NCBI GenBank assembly: GCA_965242965.1
Contig: OZ251518.1
Location: 3,072,001 to 3,136,000, forward strand
Source of the DNA: Candidatus Poribacteria bacterium
GTDB lineage: Bacteria > Poribacteria > WGA-4E > WGA-3G
Length of the DNA: 64,000 nt
Reading direction: 5' to 3'
How positions within the stretch are numbered: the first letter of the stretch is position 1; each line of letters starts with the position of its first letter. Position numbers and translations under genes: made by a program. A model generated the notes under the pieces. It had not been told where the DNA came from. It was given only the letters and a program-made list of their open reading frames with translations, and made no database searches. Below, piece by piece: positions 38,866 through 48,278 of the stretch.

Positions 38866-40128
38866 TTAGGTGCCGATCTCCCACGAATTGAGGTATTTCT
38901 CCTGTTCTGGGGTGAGGGTGTCGATGTGGATACCGAACGCCTCTAATTTCAGGCGCGCCACGGTTTCGTCAATAGCGGCAGGCACATCGTAAACGCCTTT
39001 GTCAAAGGAGTCTCGGTTTTTGGCGATATGCTCCACCGATAACGCTTGCGTGGCGAAACTCATATCCATCACACTTGCAGGATGCCCCTCAGCGGCGGTT
39101 AAATTCACCAGTCTTCCCTCGCCGATGAGGAACAACTTTCTGCCATCGGCAAGGGTGTATGCCTCGACAAACTCGCGCGCCGTAGTTTTTTCGACGCTCA
39201 ACTTTTCCAACGCCGGAATGTCAATCTCAACGTTAAAGTGTCCCGAATTAGCGATGAGCGCGCCGTCCTTCATCACCTCAAAATGTTCCTTGCGTAGGAC
39301 ATGAATGTCGCCAGTCAAGGTAATCACCAGGTCTGCCTGTTTCACGGCTTCTGTCATCGGCATGACATGAAAGCCGTCCATCACCGCCTCAAGTGCCCTG
39401 AGTGCGTTGACTTCGGTGACGATGACCTTCGCGCCTAAGCCGCGTGCGCGGTTCGCGACACCTCTGCCGCACCAGCCGTACCCGGCGACGACAACGGTTG
39501 TCCCGGCGAGGAGGAGGTTCGTCGCGCGGATAATCCCATCGAGTGTGCTTTGCCCGGTGCCGTATCGGTTATCAAAAAAATGCTTCGTTTGCGCGTCGTT
39601 TACGGCGATGATGGGATATTTCAGCACATTTTCCGCCGCCATGCTCTTAAGGCGAATCACGCCGGTCGTTGTCTCTTCCGTGCCAGCGACTACCTGCTCC
39701 ACGAGCGCGGGGTTCGTCTCTTCCGAATGGAGACGCGAAACCAGGTCTGCGCCGTCATCCATCGTAATCGTAGGCTGCAAATCGAGCGTGGCATCGATGT
39801 GCTGATAGTAAGTTTCCGTATCTTCGCCGTTAATGGCGAAAACGGCGATGTGTTCATTGACGACGAGAGATGCGGCGACATCGTCCTGTGTGCTGAGCGG
39901 ATTGGAGGCGCAGAGTGCCACCTCGGCACCGCCTGCCTTCAGCGTTTTCATCAGGTTCGCCGTTTCGGTTGTGACATGCAGGCATGCCGCAATCGTGAAT
40001 CCATCAAGCGGACGTTCGGTTTCAAACCGCGCGCGGATGGATGCCAGAACCGGCATGAATCGGTTTGCCCAGTCAATGCGCTGTTTGCCCATCGATGCCA
40101 GTTCTGTGGTTTTAATATCGTAGTTCAT
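38866..40128 (-). CDS. ahcY: Adenosylhomocysteinase
   Basis: [59 protein letters not shown]. Confidence 0.98.
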   Translation of the reverse strand: MNYDIKTTELASMGKQRIDWANRFMPVLASIRARFETERPLDGFTIAACLHVTTETANLMKTLKAGGAEVALCASNPLSTQDDVAASLVVNEHIAVFAINGEDTETYYQHIDATLDLQPTITMDDGADLVSRLHSEETNPALVEQVVAGTEETTTGVIRLKSMAAENVLKYPIIAVNDAQTKHFFDNRYGTGQSTLDGIIRATNLLLAGTTVVVAGYGWCGRGVANRARGLGAKVIVTEVNALRALEAVMDGFHVMPMTEAVKQADLVITLTGDIHVLRKEHFEVMKDGALIANSGHFNVEIDIPALEKLSVEKTTAREFVEAYTLADGRKLFLIGEGRLVNLTAAEGHPASVMDMSFATQALSVEHIAKNRDSFDKGVYDVPAAIDETVARLKLEAFGIHIDTLTPEQEKYLNSWEIGT

Positions 40129-40179
40129 TAATTCTCCGGTAGTGCGCGATTTGAAACCGCGCCTACAAGTTTTGCACGC

Positions 40180-41304
40180 CTATTGGAGTTTTTCGGCGTA
40201 ATCGGTTTTTTCCCATGTGAACCCCGGTTCCTCGCGCCCAAAATGGCCGTAAGCCGCGGTGTTTCGATAGATAGGCTGCCGTAGTTTCAAACGCTCAATA
40301 ATACCGCCCGGCGTTAAATCGAAGTGCGTGTTCACCAACTTGGTGAGTGCCTCGTCCTCGCCGGTGCCAAACGTATCCACCATCACGGAGACAGGCTCTT
40401 TTCTGCCGATGGCGTAAGAGAGTTGAATCTCACACCGTTCGGCGAGCCCCGCGGCGACGAGGTTCTTCGCGACGTGGCGTGCGGCGTAAGTTGCACTCCT
40501 GTCGACTTTCGTCGGGTCCTTCCCAGAAAGGGCTCCTCCGCCGTGCCGTCCCATGCCGCCGTAAGTATCCACGATAATTTTTCGGCCTGTTAACCCGGCA
40601 TCCCCTTGCGGGCCGCCCGTAACAAAACGCCCGGTGGGGTTGATATGATATTGCACGTTGGGAGCGAGGAGATGTTCGGGGATAATGTTTTTGATAACCT
40701 CCTCGATGATAGCCTCGCGCAATGTGGCATCCGCAACATCGGGATGGTGTTGCGCGGCGACGACTACGGTAGTAACAGCCTTCGGCTTGCTGTCAACGTA
40801 TTCCACGGTTACCTGCGATTTTCCATCGGGACGGATGAAATCGAGGGTGCCCTCTTTGCGCACTTGTGCCAAGCGTCGGGCCAGTTGGTGCGCGAGCATA
40901 ATCGGGAGCGGCATCAGTTCTGCGGTTTCGGTGCATGCGTATCCGAACATGATACCCTGGTCGCCTGCGCCGCCGGGGTTTACGCCTATCGCAATGTCGG
41001 GCGACTGTTTGTCAATGAGGCTGAGGATTGCGCTGTGTTCGGCATCGAAGCCGTAGGCGATGTCGGTATACCCGATGTCGCGGACAACTTGGCGTGCGAT
41101 GTTTTGGATATCGTAATTCGCGGTAGTGGTGATTTCACCGGTGATGATGGCGAGCCCGGTGGTTACCATCGTTTCGCAAGCGACTCTGGCACCCGGGTCT
41201 TCGGCGAATATGGTATCTAACACTGCGTCGGAAACCTGGTCTGCGATTTTATCGGGATGTCCTTCGGTGACAGATTCGGACGTAAAGAGGAAATGTTTGC
41301 TCAA
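40180..41304 (-). CDS. metK: S-adenosylmethionine synthetase
   Basis: [46 protein letters not shown]. Confidence 0.98.
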   Translation of the reverse strand: MSKHFLFTSESVTEGHPDKIADQVSDAVLDTIFAEDPGARVACETMVTTGLAIITGEITTTANYDIQNIARQVVRDIGYTDIAYGFDAEHSAILSLIDKQSPDIAIGVNPGGAGDQGIMFGYACTETAELMPLPIMLAHQLARRLAQVRKEGTLDFIRPDGKSQVTVEYVDSKPKAVTTVVVAAQHHPDVADATLREAIIEEVIKNIIPEHLLAPNVQYHINPTGRFVTGGPQGDAGLTGRKIIVDTYGGMGRHGGGALSGKDPTKVDRSATYAARHVAKNLVAAGLAERCEIQLSYAIGRKEPVSVMVDTFGTGEDEALTKLVNTHFDLTPGGIIERLKLRQPIYRNTAAYGHFGREEPGFTWEKTDYAEKLQ

Positions 41305-41333
41305 GTCAATGCTCCTAGTTTGCGTATTTATTT

Positions 41334-42001
41334 GGGTGTTTCATATATTGTGATGTCTTCCCCGTAGGAGAGACCTCCTGGTCTCGATGCAATAGGGCGG
41401 CAGAAAGCTCCCTTCATCGTAGGGCGAGGGTCTGTCCCTCGCCATGCCTAAGGTCTGTAAGACCTTAATGTCTATAGCATCTGCATCGCAGCGCACCCTA
41501 AGGTCTGTAGGACCTTAATGTGCCACTGCTCACCTCGCTGCCGCTGGATTAAGGACCTAAAGGACCTTGAAAAAGGGCTGACACGTGTTCTATAGACATT
41601 AAGGTCCTAAAGGACCTAAGACAGCATCTTGACGATGGCGATCGCGGGGGACAGGCCCCCGCGCTACGGTGAAAAACGCCTCTCCTTTCTCTTCAGGTGC
41701 TAACGACCTAAAACGCTCCTCTTGGTGATGGAGCTCGCGGGGGACAGGCCCCCGCGCTACGGTGAAAAACGTCTCTCGTTTCTCTTCAGGTCCTTTAGGT
41801 CCTGCATGTCTATAGCACGCGCGGCCGCGAAGAGCCCTAAGGTCCTTTAGGTCCTTAATGGATTTTGCTGTGCCGCGTGTTTTCATGATTAAGGACCTAA
41901 AGGACCTTGAAAACAGTGGCATGTCTGTTTTTCTATAGACATTAAGGACCTAAAGGACCTAAAGAGGCATCCCATCCATAACAGATATATGAAACACCCT
42001 C
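41334..42001. mobile_element. Non-coding MITE-like composite element with TIRs and flanking direct repeat
   Basis: Perfect 15-bp IR GGGTGTTTCATATAT (41334-41348) / ATATATGAAACACCC (41985-41999); ATTTATTT at 41326-41333 and 42002-42009; interior made of REPs and two palindromic modules. Confidence 0.72.
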
Positions 42002-42085
42002 ATTTATTTGGGGATATAGCGAATCCGGTGGGCGCGCTTTGAAAACACGCGCCCACTGGTTGCATGCGGGAGAACTGCCGCGCGG

Positions 42086-44611
42086 TTAATTCTCCGTGTT
42101 CTCCGCGTTCTCAGCCGCGTTCGATTTCCCCATACCCTCTTTGAGCAAGGCACCAAGGGATGTGACAGTCTCCTCAGGTGCTAGCTGTCTGGGCCGGCGA
42201 GGTTCACGTTCATGTTCGCGGTCGCGGTCGCGTTCACGTTCGCGGTCGCGTTCACGTCTTGGCCGTGAGCGGCGTTCCTGCCGCGGTGGCCGAGCCTGTT
42301 CCTCTTCGGTATCTGTCCCGCGTTCCTGTTCGGCGAGTGCGGCTCTCAAACTGAGGCCGATACGCCTGTCTTGCGGTGAGAGATTGATAACCTTCAGGTC
42401 CAACTCTTGTCCGAGGGAGACGACATCGTCGGGTTTGTCAATGCGCCGGTTGGCGAGTTCGGAGATGTGAATCAAGCCTTCGATGCCTTCCTCCAGTTTG
42501 GTAAAAGCCCCGAAACTGGTGATGTTGACAATTTTGCCGCGGACGATGGTGCCGACTTTATACTTTTCGGGGACTTCCGCCCACGGATCTGGTTGCGTCT
42601 GCTTCAGGCCCAGGGAGACGCGCCGTTCCTCCGGATCGATGTGCAGCACGACTACCTCAATCTCCTTGCCTTCCTTCAGTGAGGGTTTAGCACTGCCGCG
42701 CTTCGTCCAAGAGAGATCGGAGGTGTGGATGAGTCCATCGATGCCGCTCTCAATTTCGACAAACGCGCCGAACGGTGTGAGGTTCCGGATGCGCCCGGTG
42801 ACTTTGGTGCCGGCGGGGTATTTCTCCGCCAAGACTTCCCAGGGATTCTGCTGCAACTGCTTGAGTCCGAGGGAGATGCGCTTGTCGTCGCGGGAAATCT
42901 CCAGCACGAGTGCCTCAATTTCCTGTCCCTTGTTGACAATGCGCGAGGGGGCAACGTTGCGCCGCGTCCACGCCATTTCGGAGACGTGAATGAGGCCCTC
43001 AACGCCTTCCTCTAATTGCAGGAACGCGCCGTAGTTGACGATATTGACGACTTTGCCCCGGACGGTGGAGCCGATGGGATACTTCTCTTCGACGTTCGCC
43101 CAAGGGTCTTCTGTCTTCTGCTTGAGCCCGAGCGAGATTTTCTCGTTATCCTTGCCGATGCTGAGGACAACGACTTCCACTTCCTGTCCCGGTGTGACGA
43201 CTTCAGAGGGATGATGGATGCGCCGCCACGACATGTCTGTCTTGTGGAGTAAGCCGTCTACGCCGCCCAGGTCGACGAACGCGCCGAAAGCGGTGATATT
43301 CTTCACCACGCCGGGGATGAGCTGCCCGACTTCCAGGCTGTTCAGCACCTCTGCCTTCTTCCGTTCTATCTCTGCCTCAAGCCATGCACGGCGCGACAAG
43401 ACGATGTTGTGCCGCCGCTTGCTGAGGCTGATAACCTTCATCGGGAAGGACTGTCCGACATACCGTTCAAGGTTTTGAATGGGCCGGATTTCCACTTGAG
43501 ACGCGGGCAGAAAGCCGCGCAGGGAGCCCACGCTGACACGCAGCCCACCTTTAATCCGTTCGGTAATCCTGCCATCTACCGGTCCGCCTGTCTCGTGAGC
43601 GGTAGAAATCTCATCCCAAATCAGCGTCTGATCAGCGATTTTCTTGGAGAGGACTATCTGTCCCTCCGCGTCTTCGCGCCGAACGATGAAGACATCAATG
43701 ACATCCCCGACGTTGACGGGTGGCACATCGCTGCGTCTACCGCCGAATTCCTCTGCGGGGATATAACCCTCCGACTTGAAGCCGATATCGATAAGCACTT
43801 CGTCGCGGCTGACGTTGACGACGGTGCCTTTGACGATTTCGCCATCGGTAAACGCCTTGATAGAATTATCATACGCTTCCTCAAGTGCTTCCGGGCTCAT
43901 AGGTTCCGGGGGTTCTTCCGGTGCGGCGGCGGCGGCCGCCACATCCTCCACTGCTTCATCTGCAGGTGCCTCGCCTTCTGTCAAGTGCACTGCATCCGCG
44001 TCTGTTTCCAGAACCACTGCGGCCGCTGCATCCGCTGGTGGCGGTTCATCGGTAAGTGGGACTGCGTCGACATCAGTTTCCGTGACTTCCACGGCCGCCA
44101 CATCCGCTGCTGCCGGTTCGTCAGTCAAGTGCACTGCATCCGCGTCTGCGTCCGTAATTTCCACAGTGTCGCTTGTCGTTTCCGCTGCAGTCTCCGCGTC
44201 CGTTTCTGCTGCGGTCTCACTCGTGGCATCGGTGTCCGCTTCGCTGCCTTCTTGTTCCGCTGCAGTCTCCGCGTCCGTTTCTGCTGCAGTTTCACTCGCG
44301 GCATCGGTGTCCACTTCGCTGCCTTCTTCTTGTTCCGATTCGGCTTCTGTCGTGATGATTTCCGCCGTTTCGGTAGGTTCCGCCGTTTCAGGTGTGGGTT
44401 CCGCTGTCCCGCTGTCGGCTTCTGCCTGCACCTCGATGTCCGCTTCGGGTTCAGGTGTGGGTTCCGCTGTCTCGCTGTCGGCTTCTGCCTGCACCTCAAT
44501 GTCCGCTTCGGGCGCGACTTCGGGTGTCTCTGTTTCGCTCACCGCTTCGGGGTGATTCTGTTCTTCCACCTCAGCGGTGGAGGCATTCGTAGTTGCCTGT
44601 TCGTTGTTCAT
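42086..44611 (-). CDS. rpsA: 30S ribosomal protein S1 with an acidic repetitive N-terminal extension of about 237 aa
   Basis: Six S1 domains (IDIGFKSEG, GFLPASQV, FGAFVDLGGVDGLLH, EGLIHVSEM, DGLIHTSDL, EGLIHISEL) plus an Arg/Glu-rich tail. Confidence 0.96.
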   Translation of the reverse strand: MNNEQATTNASTAEVEEQNHPEAVSETETPEVAPEADIEVQAEADSETAEPTPEPEADIEVQAEADSGTAEPTPETAEPTETAEIITTEAESEQEEGSEVDTDAASETAAETDAETAAEQEGSEADTDATSETAAETDAETAAETTSDTVEITDADADAVHLTDEPAAADVAAVEVTETDVDAVPLTDEPPPADAAAAVVLETDADAVHLTEGEAPADEAVEDVAAAAAAPEEPPEPMSPEALEEAYDNSIKAFTDGEIVKGTVVNVSRDEVLIDIGFKSEGYIPAEEFGGRRSDVPPVNVGDVIDVFIVRREDAEGQIVLSKKIADQTLIWDEISTAHETGGPVDGRITERIKGGLRVSVGSLRGFLPASQVEIRPIQNLERYVGQSFPMKVISLSKRRHNIVLSRRAWLEAEIERKKAEVLNSLEVGQLIPGVVKNITAFGAFVDLGGVDGLLHKTDMSWRRIHHPSEVVTPGQEVEVVVLSIGKDNEKISLGLKQKTEDPWANVEEKYPIGSTVRGKVVNIVNYGAFLQLEEGVEGLIHVSEMAWTRRNVAPSRIVNKGQEIEALVLEISRDDKRISLGLKQLQQNPWEVLAEKYPAGTKVTGRIRNLTPFGAFVEIESGIDGLIHTSDLSWTKRGSAKPSLKEGKEIEVVVLHIDPEERRVSLGLKQTQPDPWAEVPEKYKVGTIVRGKIVNITSFGAFTKLEEGIEGLIHISELANRRIDKPDDVVSLGQELDLKVINLSPQDRRIGLSLRAALAEQERGTDTEEEQARPPRQERRSRPRRERDRERERDRDREHEREPRRPRQLAPEETVTSLGALLKEGMGKSNAAENAENTEN

Positions 44612-44712
44612 TAAGATACCTGGTCCAGTGAAAAACGCGAATCCGCGTTAATCCGCCAGTTCCTCCTTAATAGTCAAAGCGCGTTATTGCACTTTGCAAA
44701 TCGGTTAGGAAT

Positions 44713-44790
44713 AGTATATCATAAATTTGCAAAGAAATGCAAGAAAAAATTTAAAAAAGGCTTGACTTTTTTCTGGCGTTAGGTTAAAAT
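44713..44790. promoter_or_regulatory. Divergent promoters for rpsA and the STAS/RsbW pair
   Basis: Plus strand TTGACT (44762)-17-TAAAAT; minus strand TTGCAT-18-TATACT (44742-44713). Confidence 0.6.
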
Positions 44791-44941
44791 TAAGATAGGA
44801 TTTCTAGACATGCGATAATTCCGTCCCGGTAGGCGCGTTTTTTTTGAGCGTCCGTGTGAGTTTGCGCGGTTTGTCCGTGCGCCTACAAGGTTCGTTTTCC
44901 GTAAGTCTTCTATCATTTTTAACCGATGGCAGGTGAATTCT

Positions 44942-45286
44942 ATGTCTTCAACCGAATTGATGACGCTCCGGGAGAACGCCGATATCAAAATTATTGAGAT
45001 AAAGATGGACTTGAGTAGTTACGCCGCGTCGGCTTTGCGGAAGATGCTGGAGTCCCTCCTATCACAAAAGATTGATAAAATTGTCGTGAACCTGAGCGAA
45101 GTCAACCATATTAATAGCACGGCGGTGGGCGCGCTCGTCGGGGTGGCGAAACGGCTCCGTCAAGAAGGCGGTGACCTGAAGATTTGCGGGCTCGCCGAGA
45201 ATTTGACGCGCACGTTTAACCTCATCGGCGCGTCCAGCGTCGTTGAAATTTACGAATCGGAAAAGAGTGCCCTCGCGGCATTTTAG
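44942..45286 (+). CDS. STAS-domain anti-sigma factor antagonist (RsbV/SpoIIAA-like)
   Basis: VVNLSEVNHINSTAVGALV, GGDLKIC; 114 aa. Confidence 0.9.
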   Translation: MSSTELMTLRENADIKIIEIKMDLSSYAASALRKMLESLLSQKIDKIVVNLSEVNHINSTAVGALVGVAKRLRQEGGDLKICGLAENLTRTFNLIGASSVVEIYESEKSALAAF

Positions 45287-45320
45287 TTCAGTGACACACG
45301 TCACAAAGTAGCACTTGCGT

Positions 45321-45758
45321 ATGGAGAAAGCACATATTGAGCTCAAGATGCCGAGCGACGTTCTTTACGTAGATCCGGTCCGGACATTTGTCGGTAAGTT
45401 AGCGGAACGTCTTGAGTTCTCGCGAAAACGCGGCGCGGATATCCAACTCACTGTTGACGAAATCTGCACCAATGCCGTTAAGCACGGTTCTTCGGCTGCC
45501 ACAGATAGAATTGCGTTGTGCATCCGTGTGGATAAGGATACCCTTGAGATTTTGGTGCGGGATACGGGGCATGGGGATGCGGCGGCAGGTGGATGGATAA
45601 CGCCGGAACGGCTTCGAGAGATTGAGGTGAATCGCTCGCCGTGTAGTGAAAGTGGGCACGGCATTTTCATCGCGAAATCGCTTGCTGATGTCCACGAGAT
45701 GTGGTGTAACGCCGCCGGTGGGACGGAGGTCCGCGTCATTTTTTATCGTGAACGGTAG
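45321..45758 (+). CDS. Anti-sigma factor / Ser kinase (RsbW-like HATPase)
   Basis: DEICTNAVKHG, VRDTGHG, ESGHGIFIAKSLAD, GTEV. Confidence 0.88.
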   Translation: MEKAHIELKMPSDVLYVDPVRTFVGKLAERLEFSRKRGADIQLTVDEICTNAVKHGSSAATDRIALCIRVDKDTLEILVRDTGHGDAAAGGWITPERLREIEVNRSPCSESGHGIFIAKSLADVHEMWCNAAGGTEVRVIFYRER

Positions 45759-46449
45759 GGGAGACCTCCTGGTCTCGATTCTTCGGGGCCCCGCGCTACG
45801 ATAAAAAAACGCCATCCCTTCACCGTAGCGCGGGGGCCTGTCCCCCGCGATCTTTCCGCGCGCGAAGCATGGCGAGGGACAGGCCCTCGCCCTACGGTGA
45901 GAGGGGGGCTGTTCTGTGAAGAAGATGTCCCGTTACCGTAGCGCGGGGGCCTGTCCCCCGCGATCTCTCCGCGCGCGAACGCATGGCGAGGGACAGGCCT
46001 CGCCCTACGGTGAGAGGGGGGCTGTTCTATGAAGAAGATGTCCCGTTACCGTAGCGCGGGGGCCTGTCCCCCGCGATCTTGGCATGGCGAGAGACAGGCC
46101 CTCGCCCTACGGTGAGAGGGGGGTTGTTCTGTGAAGAAGATGTCCTGTTACCGTAGCGCGGGGGCCTGTCCCCCGCGATCTTTCCGCGCGCGAAGCATGG
46201 CGAGGGACAGGCCCTCGCCCTACGGTGAGGGGGTTGTTTTGTGAAGAAGATGTCCCGTTACCGTAGCGCGGGGGCCTGTCCCCCGCGATCGTTGCATGGC
46301 GAGGGACAGGCCCTCGCCCTACGTAAAGGGGCGGCGTTTTTTTTCCCGTAGCGCGGGGGCCTGTCCTCCGCGGTCTCTCCGCGCGCGAACGATGGCGAGG
46401 GAAACCTGCTCGGATGCGCGTGTGGCATCCGAGGGCCCTCGCCCTACGG
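45754..46449. repeat. BIME/REPIN-like tandem array of inverted REP-A/REP-B doublets
   Basis: Five GTAGCGCGGGGGCCTGTCCCCCGCG ... TGGCGAGGGACAGGCCCTCGCCCTAC doublets joined by a conserved linker ending GAAGAAGATGTCC(C/T)GTTACC; lies between convergent genes. Confidence 0.92.
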
Positions 46450-46463
46450 AAATGCGGATGTGT

Positions 46464-47642
46464 TCAAGTTTTGGGTCGCGCCGCGGCCTCAATAGCGATG
46501 AGCGTCAAATCGTCGTCTTTCGGGACAGATTCGGCGAAGGCATCGACTGCCTCAGAAACGCTGTTGAGCAGGGCAGCTACCGGTTTGCCTGCACCCGCAC
46601 TCACCAACTGCTGAAACCGGTCCGCCGTGAACTCTTCACCCTGCGCATTCTTTACCTCATACGCCCCATCCGTATAGAGAAATAACTGACTGGACCGGGC
46701 GAACGGATAAGAGTGCGCCTCATAAGTTGAATCACGCCAGATGCCCAAACCGTTGCCGGTTTTTTTATCGCCGACGACTTGACTGGTATCCTCAGCACCG
46801 TTATAGAGGAATGGGAAGGGATGCCCCGCATTGGCACAGGTGAGTTCGCCTTTCTCGCAGTCGATGACACCGCAAAACGCCGTTGCAAACATAAAGACGC
46901 GGGAGCTGAGCATGTCATTAAACCGCGTGTTGAGGATTTCCAAGATGCGGGCCGGATCCCCGCCAATTTGCTCCTGAAATTCGGCTAGCACCGTCTTAAT
47001 AAAGACTGTGACGAAGGCGGCAGATACGCCGTGTCCCATGACATCGGAGATGAAAACGCCGAGGCGGTTGGGTTCAATCTCCCAGACATCGAAAAAATCG
47101 CCGCCGACGGCCATCTCTGGGCTACAGCGTGAAGCGATATGGCATCCGCCTAATTCCTGCAAGCCGTTTTGGGGGAGCAGGATTTCCTGAATGCTGCGCG
47201 CCATTTGCAGTTCTTCTTCCAAGCGTGCATTGTGGGCTGCTAGGGTATCGTGATATTGTTTGATGCGGAGCAGTGAACGGACGCGCGCCAGCACCTCAAA
47301 ACTATCAAAAGGCTTCTCGATGAAATCGTCTGCGCCTGCCTCGATGGCCCGAATCCGATTTTCGCGCGTATCGCGAAGCGCGGTTATCATGATTATCGGA
47401 ATGAATTCTGTCGCTTTGTCCTCGCGGAGATGCGCCACCACCTCAAACCCGTCCATCTTTGGCATGTTGATGTCCATTAAAACCAGGTCTGGTTTTTCAG
47501 CCTTTACCTTTTCCAATGCGTCAATGCCATCGACAGCGGTGCAAACGGTGTAACCTCGCGCTTGAAGTTGGATCTGGAGGATTCTGACGTTCTTCGGTTC
47601 ATCGTCAACGACGAGAATTTTTGTAACGGTTTCGGCATTCAT
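46464..47642 (-). CDS. Response regulator receiver fused to a PP2C/SpoIIE phosphatase (RsbU-like)
   Basis: ILVVDD, DLVLMDINMP, VGGDFFD, SDVMGHG, NAGHP, YTDGAYE, DDLTL. Confidence 0.93.
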   Translation of the reverse strand: MNAETVTKILVVDDEPKNVRILQIQLQARGYTVCTAVDGIDALEKVKAEKPDLVLMDINMPKMDGFEVVAHLREDKATEFIPIIMITALRDTRENRIRAIEAGADDFIEKPFDSFEVLARVRSLLRIKQYHDTLAAHNARLEEELQMARSIQEILLPQNGLQELGGCHIASRCSPEMAVGGDFFDVWEIEPNRLGVFISDVMGHGVSAAFVTVFIKTVLAEFQEQIGGDPARILEILNTRFNDMLSSRVFMFATAFCGVIDCEKGELTCANAGHPFPFLYNGAEDTSQVVGDKKTGNGLGIWRDSTYEAHSYPFARSSQLFLYTDGAYEVKNAQGEEFTADRFQQLVSAGAGKPVAALLNSVSEAVDAFAESVPKDDDLTLIAIEAAARPKT

Positions 47643-47722
47643 AATGAGTTATTCCTATCTGTAGGCGAGTCCTCCTGGTCTCGATGCTGTAGGCGAGTCC
47701 TCCCGGTCTCGATGCAGTTATC

Positions 47723-48115
47723 CTATCCTTTGAGGTGCGCCTCAATCCGTTCCACGAGCAGTTTAATATCGACAGGTTTGCTGAGATAATCGTCGCACCC
47801 GGCTTTGAGGATTCGCTCCTTATCGCCGGGCATGGCGGCGGCAGTCCAAGCGATGATGGGTATCTCTGCCCACTTCCGTTCCGCTTTAATTTGGCGCGTT
47901 AAGTCCTCGCCGCTCTGTCCCGGCAGCGCGATATCCATGAGAATGAGGTCTGGTAGCACGGCTTCCAGGTTCGCGAGTGCTTCTATTGCGTCTTCAGCTT
48001 CCACGACGGTGTAGCCTTGCGCGTGTAGCACAATTCGGACGACTTTGCGGTTCAATTCCTGGTCTTCGATTACCAAGATGCGCGGTGGTTTTGGCAGCGT
48101 GTTTTCAGTGTCCAC
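47723..48115 (-). CDS. Single-domain response regulator (DivK/CheY-like)
   Basis: ILVIED, DLILMDIALPG, AGCDDYLSKP. Confidence 0.93.
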   Translation of the reverse strand: MDTENTLPKPPRILVIEDQELNRKVVRIVLHAQGYTVVEAEDAIEALANLEAVLPDLILMDIALPGQSGEDLTRQIKAERKWAEIPIIAWTAAAMPGDKERILKAGCDDYLSKPVDIKLLVERIEAHLKG

Positions 48116-48278
48116 AGGTGTTCCTCAATTGGCTACGGTTCCCTTTGCGGTTAGGTGAGCGGGTTTCCCTCGCCATGCATTTGGCTGGCAGACCGCATCC
48201 CCTCCCTGTAGTTCAGGAGCGCCTGCTCCTGACCCGTTCGGGAGCGGGCGCTCCCGAACTACAGATTTGCAAGCGCGC

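Noticed and set aside
41305-41450. SAM riboswitch upstream of metK
   Set aside because: No SAM-I consensus is visible; the region is occupied by the composite repeat element.
43409-44614. Long plus-strand ORFs of 401 and 259 aa
   Set aside because: Antisense shadows of the repetitive rpsA region with no recognisable motifs.
45754-46449. CRISPR array
   Set aside because: Linkers between the palindromes are near-identical rather than unique, repeats alternate in orientation, the same hairpins are scattered through the window, and no cas genes are present.
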